Below are positions 51,170-59,863 of a stretch of 64,000 bases of DNA, piece by piece. The stretch's first letter is position 1. Each line of letters opens with the position of its first letter. A model generated the notes under the pieces. It was not told the origin of the DNA, did no database searches, and worked only from the letters and a program-made list of their open reading frames with translations. Made by a program: the position numbers and the translations under genes. Source of the stretch: Porphyridium purpureum (taxonomy: Eukaryota); NCBI GenBank assembly GCA_008690995.1, contig VRMN01000003.1, positions 124,001 through 188,000 on the forward strand. Direction: 5' to 3'.

Positions 51170-53368
51170 ATGAATGGGCTGGTGCGGGGAGAGGACATGG
51201 TGGCGTGGTCGGTGGCATTGAGTGAAGTGGCGGATTCCGCGCCATTCACACGGCGGAATGAGATTCAGAGACTGACGTGTTTGGCACCGCAAAGACCTGG
51301 GAAATGCTGGAAAGGCCGGGTGCGGCGCTGGTCCACTCACCCTCCCATGCAGATGCAGCAGATATCAGACGCCTTTGAACGACCACGCGAAATGGCGAAT
51401 CTGCCGAGGAGGAGGGCAAATCAACTACCGCTGGGTCCAGGGGCGCGGACGGCGCCTGGGCTCGGCACACCGGTTTCGCCTACCGTGTCCTACTTTAAAC
51501 GGCTCGAGCACATACCGTCGAGCAGTGAGCGAGACACTCTGGGTTGGACTGAATGGTTCGAAAAGGTGACTGCGGCTTTCAGATTGCAAGGATATGATGC
51601 ACTTTCTGCGGCTCGGCATATTCGCGTGCTCGCCAAATTCGCAGTGACCTCACCTGAGCATCGCGAGGCGGTGATGGCTTACTTGGAAACATCGGCTTTT
51701 CTGACGCTTTGGAGGGAGAGGATGAACGTGCTGATGGGCGCCATGAACGAAGCGCAGCTTACAGATGCGCTGTACAACATGGCATACCTCGAAATCCGTT
51801 CTGATCGGTTGTTTGGCTCGCACTTTTTTGAACAGTGGTTCATTCATGTTTCGAATCTCAGCGATCTTACTGCGCCGGCGCTGGCCAGGATGGTGTGGGC
51901 ATTAGGTATACTGCGCGTTTGCCCGGACACCATTTTCTTACAAAACGTAGCCCTTGCGTTCAATCGCGAGTTTGGTGATTTTCGCAGCTATCACTTGGCC
52001 GACATGATGTGGGCACTCGGTCGCTGCGAGGCACAGCTACCAGATGAGCTCGTAGAGCTTTGGTTTTCCGCGTTTGAAAAAGAGTGCAAGAATTTCTCTG
52101 CAAACGATCTAGCGGTGTCGCTGTGGGGTCTTGCTCTCGTGAATGTGCGTCCAGACCGCTTGGTTTCCCAGTATTGGATGGAGAACGCTACTCGGCTGTT
52201 TGACGAGATGACTCCGCTCGACTTGTGTAACATTATGTTTGCCCTCGGAAAACTCGAATGGAATCCTGGCACGCAGTTTCTGAAGCTGTGGCTTTCTCGA
52301 TGGATGAGAATGACCATCGAGGCAGATGTGCAAGGCTTCGTGGATTCCTTTTGGGGATTGACAAAGCTTGGAATCAAACCGAATGCTGCTTTCCTGGACG
52401 AGTTCTACGATGGCTGGCGTCGTGAACGAACTTTTATTCGAACACCGCAGGTGAGAAACTCTCTCTACGCGTTTGCTCGATGCGGGATTCTACCGGAGCG
52501 CGACTACTTTGAGCACTGGTACGAGGCATTTAAGTCCAATCTATCGGATTATGACTACGCCGCTATGCCGCTTTACCAAGTGGAGCGCCTTCGTGGCAAT
52601 GGACCAACTCTTGCCATTATCATCTGGAGCTTTGCCAAGCTGGATCTCACGCCGTCTTCCAAATTCATGTTGAAGTGGTACAAAATGGCCGAGTTCTTTG
52701 TACCGTACATGGGCGCACAGGATCTAACAAATTGCGCGTGGGCATTCGCTCGGCTTTCGCTGGCCCCTTTGCCGCGCTTTTCAAATGATTTGCTGAAGCA
52801 ATTCTATTTGAGTCGAAAGGAATTCCGCGCAGATAATCTCGTCCTCTTTCTCTCAGCATTAGTTGGCATGGGTATCAGCTTGCCGGATGTGTTTTTGCTC
52901 CAGTGGTCGCGACGCTTCCGAAAGTTGGTTAACGACGCGTCTCCACATCATCTGACAGAGACCATCAAATCTTTTGCCTATCTCGAGCTGAAGCCGTCGC
53001 TTGTGTTGTACGAGGAGTGGAAGCACCTTCTATCCGCATGGTCACTGCACTTTATTAGTTCCCTGGATTCCTTTTCATTTCAGCAACTAGTAACGTGCCT
53101 GTGGTCCTTTGCAACGCTTCGATTAAGTCCTCCGACGCCGGTTCTGGACGGTTTGCTGAGCGCTCTTCACGGCAAGGGCCTGGATGGCGCAGACTCAGTA
53201 ACTCTTGCCAATGTTGCTTGGAGTTTTGAACAACTTCGTATTCGACCTCCGCGGGACTTGTGGAGAAGTTGGAATCGCGCCTGGAAGCGTGAGGTAGACT
53301 TCGCTTCCGAAACCGTATCTGCTCGCGCTGAGCGATCACGAGAAAAGATTGAGCTGATGGCCACATAG
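51170..53368 (+). CDS. Octotricopeptide-repeat (OPR)-like helical repeat protein, probable organellar RNA-binding
   Basis: Repeats of about 38 aa: F..xL(A/T)xxxW(A/S)(L/F)(G/A)xLxxxP...FxxxW. Confidence 0.8.
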   Translation: MNGLVRGEDMVAWSVALSEVADSAPFTRRNEIQRLTCLAPQRPGKCWKGRVRRWSTHPPMQMQQISDAFERPREMANLPRRRANQLPLGPGARTAPGLGTPVSPTVSYFKRLEHIPSSSERDTLGWTEWFEKVTAAFRLQGYDALSAARHIRVLAKFAVTSPEHREAVMAYLETSAFLTLWRERMNVLMGAMNEAQLTDALYNMAYLEIRSDRLFGSHFFEQWFIHVSNLSDLTAPALARMVWALGILRVCPDTIFLQNVALAFNREFGDFRSYHLADMMWALGRCEAQLPDELVELWFSAFEKECKNFSANDLAVSLWGLALVNVRPDRLVSQYWMENATRLFDEMTPLDLCNIMFALGKLEWNPGTQFLKLWLSRWMRMTIEADVQGFVDSFWGLTKLGIKPNAAFLDEFYDGWRRERTFIRTPQVRNSLYAFARCGILPERDYFEHWYEAFKSNLSDYDYAAMPLYQVERLRGNGPTLAIIIWSFAKLDLTPSSKFMLKWYKMAEFFVPYMGAQDLTNCAWAFARLSLAPLPRFSNDLLKQFYLSRKEFRADNLVLFLSALVGMGISLPDVFLLQWSRRFRKLVNDASPHHLTETIKSFAYLELKPSLVLYEEWKHLLSAWSLHFISSLDSFSFQQLVTCLWSFATLRLSPPTPVLDGLLSALHGKGLDGADSVTLANVAWSFEQLRIRPPRDLWRSWNRAWKREVDFASETVSARAERSREKIELMAT

Positions 53369-53634
53369 TACTCAAGGAAATCGTGTGGAGCAAACACAGA
53401 TCCACAGAATCCCAGTATCCCGGGCCTTGATCCCGTGCCTGATTTCTTAGTAGAGTCTAGTACTTGACAGGTCCGGACCGCCGAAGTGAAGCGACTCTGA
53501 TTTTTCAAGATCCTTCTCCGATCCCATGTGAACACAATTGATGCGGTTCTGCGCCTAGAGAGAGGTGTGGCCCGTCGGCAAGCGGAAAGGAAATTCAGTA
53601 GAATATCACTTGAGGCACGTGGAAAGCAGGGTCT

Positions 53635-56600
53635 TCACGACCAATCAGAATCCTGCCAGTCAGGATACTTTGCCGGAAGAGACTGACGATTCTTAGCACC
53701 AGGACCTGTAGGCGTCGCTCCTCTTCCACCACCAAGCCTACCACGGTTTCCAACGCGTGGCTGCGAATCCAGTCCGGAGTGATCTAGATTTTCACCTCGC
53801 GAACTTGCGAATTCTTTGCTCGCATCTCCTCGTGAGAACCCTCTCATTTCCGAAGTCGGTGCTGATGCAGGTGGCGAGGGTCCAGCTTCATCCATCGTGT
53901 ATCCTTCTGACCATGCCGGTGCACGGGCTTTTCCACGCCTTTCCTCAGCACTCGCACCAACACGAGCAGGCTCCAATCGCGTGGTTGCCGGCACCGCGCC
54001 ACGTGGAGCTGCGGAAGCGCCGCTCGCAGGGGTCGGAGTATTCACATCTGCAGCACTGCCTGAGAGCCACGCAGGTAAAGGAGCCTTTCCACGTCTTTCT
54101 TCTGCACTTGCACCAGCACGGGCTGGCTCCAATCGCGTCGCCGCCGGAACCGCGCCACGTGGAGCTGCGGAAGCGCCGCTCGCAGGGGTCGGAGTATTCA
54201 CATCTGCAGCACTGCCTGAGAGCCACGCGGGTAAAGGAGCCTTTCCACGTCTTTCTTCTGCACTTGCACCAGCACGGGCTGGCTCCAATCGCGTGGCCGC
54301 CGGAACCGCGCCACGTAGGGCTGCGGAAGCGCCACTGGCACGGGTCGGAGTATTTACATCTGCAACATTGCCTGGTAGCCACGCAGGTAAAGGAGCCTTT
54401 CCACGCCTTTCTTCTGCGCTCGCACCAGCACGGGCTGGCTCCAATCGCGTGGCCGCCGGAACCGCGCCAAGTGGAGCTGCGGAAGCGCCGCTGGCAGGGG
54501 TCGGAGTATTCACATCTGCAGCATTGCCTGAGAGCCACGCAGGTAAAGGGGCCTTTCCACGCCTTTCTGCTGCACTCGCACCAGGACGGGCTGGTTCCAA
54601 TCGCGTGGCCGCCGGCACCGCGCCACGCGGAGCTGCGGAGAGGCCTCCGCTCTTCGTCGCTGACCCATCAAACAATACCTCGCGCAAGTTTCTATCTGGT
54701 GGGAATACCGATTGTGCTTGGGCTGTTGCGGTTACTTGCAGGGGATCTGGTCCAGAGAACGGTGCAACTTCTTCGTAAGGCCTGTCGTCGGCCCGCCCCA
54801 CACTGCCTCTCTTTCCAGGTGGAGCACCAGCGTCGACAGCCTCCGCCTCTTCCCGAGCCAAATGCCGCTTCCCACGTCTTTCTTCGGCGCTTCCACCAGC
54901 ACCTGCTAGCTCTCGAGAGCCAGCAATATTCACACGCTGGTCCACCACAGAACGGCTCCTTGCTTGTCCTATTATTGATGAGGACGGCTGATCTAATGGA
55001 CGCGTTGCTTCATGTGGGTCTGACACAGAAGAAGAAAGGGCGCGACCGGGAATCGCGGTAGCTGGTCGCTGTGGCCAGGTACCGGTGGCACGTTCTTGGG
55101 TTTCATTCTCCTGGACTATCCTTATCTGAGAGTTGCCACTCTGTGCCAGCGGCAACCTCTCGCTTTCTTCCCGACTTGCCCGCACGCGTGTTTGCGTGTC
55201 TCCGGGCGTTCCTAATCCGTCACGGTTAGAAATCAACTCGGATGGATGCGGGTTGTAGAAATTGGCATCGGCTACCGCACGAGGCCGCTTTGGGTAAACA
55301 GAATCTTGCACTTCTGCTGGTTCTCTTACGCTACGAAAAGGGCGACCAGGCAGCGACGATGCACTGGGCAGCGCACGACCTGGAAACCCCACTCCACTAC
55401 CAGATGTACCTTGCCATGATGGATCAGACCACCCGAACGGTCTTGCAGACAATGGTTCCGTACGAGGGAGTCCGTCTGAAAACCCATGACTATGATGTTC
55501 AGCCCATCCCGAAGGAGGCGCTGCTTCAGCAACAGGGGAGGCGCCTGCGCGTTCGGTGTAATGCCCCGGACCTGGATATTCAGCATGCGTGTGATCATAA
55601 GAATTGGGGGCCCAAGCCCTTGGAGCATCCCATTGCGCACCCTGATGGAAATCCTCGGGCACAGATTGACGCGCGGTGAAAGTGTCGGCACCACGCACCG
55701 AAGTATGCCCGAAATCACCTCTGGCCGAGTCAATGTACGCCTGCGCCTGTGGCGCTGGTTGCATGTAAGCCATGGTGTGCCCTGGCCTCGTGTCAGCGTG
55801 CAGTGCGTCTTGATCATATTCGTAATTCTGAACATGCACATGAACACGAGGGGAAGCTACTCGGTGCGGCGCTTCATGCGTTGGGAAAGGCTCCTGATCA
55901 TATTGCCTTTCAAAAGAACCGCTCCTAGGTATCACAGCGGTAGCTAGAGTATCTTCTGGTGACTGAAAATCAGGAGAAGGGTCTTCCATAACCACTTCCG
56001 TTGCCGATATCCTCGCCTCGACTGCAAATGTGTACGTGACCTGTGCTGTACCGAACTTCAGCACGTTTCCTGGATATAGCTCCACCTCTTCGTCCGTGCC
56101 GAGTATAAATTCATCTCCGCCTCGTGCGATACGTGTGATCTCGCCGTGGTCCGCCTGTTTAATCATGACTACCGGACGTGCTCCGTCAGGAAGAATGGTC
56201 CAGTAGCAGGCTGAATGAATATCCTTGACTGAAGGATGACCGACAAGTTCCCATTTGTCATGAAACGTCAAATCATCGTACGGCGACTCCAAGCCGAACA
56301 TCATCATGTATGGGTGGCTGCCAAACAACAGCAGCGACTTCTGGCCCGGCCTGTCTGGAATGGGGATGCGAGTTTTCTCCGACTCCTCATCCGGATCGCC
56401 AGGGCGCATTTTCCCGCGATCTCTCCAAAAGTATGCCTGGTACGCATGCGGTTGCGGCTGTGCGCGGCCCCAGATGTACTTTTTAAAAATGGTGGCGTTG
56501 GTATCTGTCTGGGCGTCCACGTCTGGCACATTTTCCAGTCGTCCGAAGAACTTGGCCAACTGCTTCAACTTGATCTCGCGCGCGCGCTGAAGCACCGCTT

Positions 56601-56664
56601 TCAGGTTCACTCGTTTCCCGCGTGGGTCCGGCAAAGTCTCTGTCTCGTTTCCATTTGATGTCAT
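53635..56664 (-). CDS. Protein with a divergent FHA-like domain, long disordered region and 52-aa tandem repeats
   Basis: 1009-aa ORF; EEVELYPGNVLKFGTAQVTYTF resembles an FHA C-terminal half. Confidence 0.7.
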   Translation of the reverse strand: MTSNGNETETLPDPRGKRVNLKAVLQRAREIKLKQLAKFFGRLENVPDVDAQTDTNATIFKKYIWGRAQPQPHAYQAYFWRDRGKMRPGDPDEESEKTRIPIPDRPGQKSLLLFGSHPYMMMFGLESPYDDLTFHDKWELVGHPSVKDIHSACYWTILPDGARPVVMIKQADHGEITRIARGGDEFILGTDEEVELYPGNVLKFGTAQVTYTFAVEARISATEVVMEDPSPDFQSPEDTLATAVIPRSGSFERQYDQEPFPTHEAPHRVASPRVHVHVQNYEYDQDALHADTRPGHTMAYMQPAPQAQAYIDSARGDFGHTSVRGADTFTARQSVPEDFHQGAQWDAPRAWAPNSYDHTHAEYPGPGHYTERAGASPVAEAAPPSGWAEHHSHGFSDGLPRTEPLSARPFGWSDPSWQGTSGSGVGFPGRALPSASSLPGRPFRSVREPAEVQDSVYPKRPRAVADANFYNPHPSELISNRDGLGTPGDTQTRVRASREESERLPLAQSGNSQIRIVQENETQERATGTWPQRPATAIPGRALSSSVSDPHEATRPLDQPSSSIIGQARSRSVVDQRVNIAGSRELAGAGGSAEERRGKRHLAREEAEAVDAGAPPGKRGSVGRADDRPYEEVAPFSGPDPLQVTATAQAQSVFPPDRNLREVLFDGSATKSGGLSAAPRGAVPAATRLEPARPGASAAERRGKAPLPAWLSGNAADVNTPTPASGASAAPLGAVPAATRLEPARAGASAEERRGKAPLPAWLPGNVADVNTPTRASGASAALRGAVPAATRLEPARAGASAEERRGKAPLPAWLSGSAADVNTPTPASGASAAPRGAVPAATRLEPARAGASAEERRGKAPLPAWLSGSAADVNTPTPASGASAAPRGAVPATTRLEPARVGASAEERRGKARAPAWSEGYTMDEAGPSPPASAPTSEMRGFSRGDASKEFASSRGENLDHSGLDSQPRVGNRGRLGGGRGATPTGPGAKNRQSLPAKYPDWQDSDWS
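53925..54637. repeat. 156-bp tandem repeat, about 4.6 copies, in-frame coding
   Basis: (c/t)tccaatcgcgt recurs at 53971, 54127, 54283, 54439 and 54595. Confidence 0.95.
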
Positions 56665-56947
56665 GATCGTTATCGCTTGACCTTGTCTCCCTCGGTGTCC
56701 CGCAAGCCGTATATCTCCACTTGCGCTTCGGGTGTTTCTCTCGGCAACTACTTACCCGGCGTTTCATAATAAAATAGGGGTGTTTTAGTATGCATTTGCG
56801 CACATGGGTTCGCTGCTGGTGGTGGTGGGTTGTTTTGTGGGAGTGTTGAGGTAGCGGGCGAACAGTGAAGAGAGAGAGCGAGAGAGAGAGAGGGCGGAGC
56901 AGGAAGCGAGGAACGAACGTGCGTGAGTTGGGTTGACGAGGCGTAAG

Positions 56948-57487
56948 ATGTTTACATTGAAGCGGCAGGCAAAGGAGACAGCGGAACGTAAGGCCTCGGG
57001 ACAGGAAGGTAATAAGCAGACGGCGGGGGAGCTGCGCGTGCAGAAGGATGTGAGCGCGCTGGACGTGCCGAGCTCGATGCAGCTCGAGTTTCCAAACCCG
57101 GACGACCTGATGCTGTTTGAGGTGACGCTCGCACCAGAGGAAGGCCTGTACAAGCCCGGGAAGTTCAAGTTCCAGATCAAGATTCCGCCAGACTATCCGT
57201 ACTCGCCGCCAAAGGCCACGTGCCTGACCAAGGTGTACCATCCCAACATCGACCTGCAAGGCAACGTGTGCCTCAACATTCTTAGACAAGATTGGAAGCC
57301 TGTTTTGACGCTGAACGCGGTGCTTTACGGCTTGCAACTGCTGTTCATGGAGCCAAACCCAGACGACCCGCTGAATAAGGACGCCGCCGAGCTCATGCGC
57401 AACAGCCCGAGCGCATTTCGTGCAAACGTGTACACATCGCTCAGAGGGGGCTATGTTGCAGGCGAATATTTCCAAAAGTGCATCTAG
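56948..57487 (+). CDS. UBC12: NEDD8/RUB-conjugating enzyme Ubc12
   Basis: MFTLKRQ.., AGELRVQKD, YHPNIDLQGNVCLNILRQDWKPVL, EPNPDDPLNK. Confidence 0.95.
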   Translation: MFTLKRQAKETAERKASGQEGNKQTAGELRVQKDVSALDVPSSMQLEFPNPDDLMLFEVTLAPEEGLYKPGKFKFQIKIPPDYPYSPPKATCLTKVYHPNIDLQGNVCLNILRQDWKPVLTLNAVLYGLQLLFMEPNPDDPLNKDAAELMRNSPSAFRANVYTSLRGGYVAGEYFQKCI

Positions 57488-57709
57488 ATGTGAAAGAAGC
57501 GGATTTTGGTTTTGGAGCTCGCATTCCATTCCTGTGACGCTAACATTTGAGCATTTCGCACGGCAGTGATGCGTTAGGATGCACGCAAGACAAGAGGAGC
57601 GGGAGCAAGAGGGAAAGTTATCCAATTAGCGTTCTGCGGGCTTGAGTGTTTTGTGTTTCGTACATGCTGTATATTGAGCCATCTTTCCGCTCATTCCAAG
57701 GTTTCTTTC

Positions 57710-59491
57710 CTAAACCTTTGTTGCGTCTTGCTCATCCCGAAGCTCTTTAAACCAATTACTTTGCAGCGCCTTTTTTGCATCCATGCGCCGCAGGGGATTT
57801 GCTTGCAGCAACCCTTTCAATAATGATATCACATCCGCTGAAAACACCGGAGCCAGGGGTGAAAAGTCTACTCTGGGATTCGCCGCAATCATCTGCAGAG
57901 TCTCTTCTGTCGAGCCGCCATCCACCGGATAGCTGTACGTCAGCAAGTAGTACAGCAAAACGCCGCAAGACCATGCGTCCACCTTCTGGCCATACGGCTC
58001 TTCGCGGGCGCATTCTGGTGCGACGTACCACGGACTGCCCACGAGCGAGCGCACGTCCTCTTCCGCGTACCCTCCAATTCTGCCCCATGTGTAATACCGC
58101 GCCAGTCCAAAATCACAAAGCTTGCATTGTTTGAAATGTATGCTGTCGACGACCAGAACGTTTTCCGGTTTTATGTCCCGATGCATAATGGATCGAGCGT
58201 GCAGTTCGGCCACGCCAGAAAAGACGCAGTACATGACTCTGCAAGCCTCCGCCTCTGACAGAGGGCCTGACCTTGCACCAAGCACGCGATCAAGTGAGCC
58301 GTTCGGCACCCACTCACTCACAAACACGATCGAGTGCGTATCAACCATAATATCGTAGAATTGCAGCAGGTATGGACAACTGACCTGACTGCTCACAATA
58401 TCGGTCACGATGCGCACCTCACGAAGCAGCAAGGACGCAGTAATCTCTTTGCCTTCTGCAACGTCAGCTATCTTCAAAAAGCGCAGTGCGCGCAAAAGAT
58501 TCTCATCATCGGTTCCGCGACGGCGTGCAAGGTAAATATTCGCGTAGGCTCCGTGGCCTATTGGTCTTTCAATGGTATACGTATTCAGAAAGTTCCACGT
58601 TATGCCCACCTTGATCACATTGTACCAAAGCATGTGCACGTGAGGGGCGCTGAACGAGAACGAGTACTCCGCTGCCGCAGCAAGTTTCGGATCGTCTCGG
58701 CAAGAAACTCTTTGGTCTCGCAAAGTGATTTTTAACGGGTCATGATAATCAATGACCAGCTCCGCCACAGCCAAGTTGAGCCACCACGAAACTTCCGGAG
58801 TCTCTTCCTTGAATCTGCAAAAGATCATGCTACCCCACACCAATTCGACGTATCTCCTCGCCGGGTACGGGGCTTGAGGGCTCTTCACCAGCACGTACTC
58901 GCCGAGCATGCGCTGGCTGGAGCTTCTGCTGGGCTTCAGATCAGTCAGGTCGTCCGAATGGGGCTTCAATACGGGCATGTTTGTCTCGGACGTTGCGCGC
59001 TTCATTGAGTAGCTGCCCTCTTGGTCCAGCTTCAAGCTCTCAAATGCACCGGGCAAGCCGCGCTTTTTCGCAGCATTCAGCCTGCGGCCCAATGCAGTAC
59101 CACCAAAGGAGGAGAATGTACTGCCGTCATTTGATCTCAGGGTCGAGGGGGTCCGGTCACCCGGAGTATCCCCACTCGACGACAGATCCAGAAAGGACGG
59201 CAGCGAGCAAATACTTGCGGAGCGCTGGCGGCTGAGAGGCGGCGGACGCACGTCGGCGTCTGCGTCGCCCTCCAAGGATTCCGAGTCTCGTGTTCTGTCG
59301 CGCGAGTGATGCGGACGCAGCTGCGTCTCGGCGGCGGCGGCGGCGGGCGCGCGCGGTGGCGGCCGGCTGTGCGCCGCGAGACGGCCATCCTCTGCAATTT
59401 GCCTGTCTGCGGGCCCCACGCTGGGACCCGCGAGCGGAGACAACGGGGACGGCATGTGGAACCGCGTGTTACCGTCTTCCTTCATTCTCAT
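57710..59491 (-). CDS. CAMK-group Ser/Thr protein kinase with a PH-like region upstream
   Basis: IGHGAYA, HRDIKPEN, DFG, GSPWYVAPE, DAWSCG. Confidence 0.92.
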   Translation of the reverse strand: MRMKEDGNTRFHMPSPLSPLAGPSVGPADRQIAEDGRLAAHSRPPPRAPAAAAAETQLRPHHSRDRTRDSESLEGDADADVRPPPLSRQRSASICSLPSFLDLSSSGDTPGDRTPSTLRSNDGSTFSSFGGTALGRRLNAAKKRGLPGAFESLKLDQEGSYSMKRATSETNMPVLKPHSDDLTDLKPSRSSSQRMLGEYVLVKSPQAPYPARRYVELVWGSMIFCRFKEETPEVSWWLNLAVAELVIDYHDPLKITLRDQRVSCRDDPKLAAAAEYSFSFSAPHVHMLWYNVIKVGITWNFLNTYTIERPIGHGAYANIYLARRRGTDDENLLRALRFLKIADVAEGKEITASLLLREVRIVTDIVSSQVSCPYLLQFYDIMVDTHSIVFVSEWVPNGSLDRVLGARSGPLSEAEACRVMYCVFSGVAELHARSIMHRDIKPENVLVVDSIHFKQCKLCDFGLARYYTWGRIGGYAEEDVRSLVGSPWYVAPECAREEPYGQKVDAWSCGVLLYYLLTYSYPVDGGSTEETLQMIAANPRVDFSPLAPVFSADVISLLKGLLQANPLRRMDAKKALQSNWFKELRDEQDATKV

Positions 59492-59863
59492 GCTCTTCAA
59501 CTGCCTCCACCATGAGCTCACACGCTCTCATTCTCCCTCTCTCCCTGCGCTCCCTCCAATGCCAACCGACGACACCACCACCGCCACCACCACCACCACC
59601 CAGTCTCACCTTATTTTTTTACTGCGTCCAGTGTCGCTGTCCCGCGGAGAGTGTAAGTACGAGCGGACTGTACTCGCGCATGTGGAAAAACCGACTTTCG
59701 CATAGAATTCGTGAGTGATGAAGCAAACACACGCGTTTCGGAGAAGACGTTTGATGATAGGAGCGGTACAGTTAAGAGTACAGTGCGTGGTTTCAGTTTC
59801 TGCGTGCTTTTTTAATCAACAGCAAACACGCGAACGATAAGCAACTGACTGCTGCCGGGGGGA

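Noticed and set aside
53757..55061. Several long overlapping ORFs across the 156-bp repeat; CRISPR-like periodicity
   Set aside because: A stop-free repeat unit propagates open frames; the units are contiguous with no unique spacers, so this is not CRISPR
56483..57625. 380-aa minus-strand ORF
   Set aside because: Antisense shadow of UBC12
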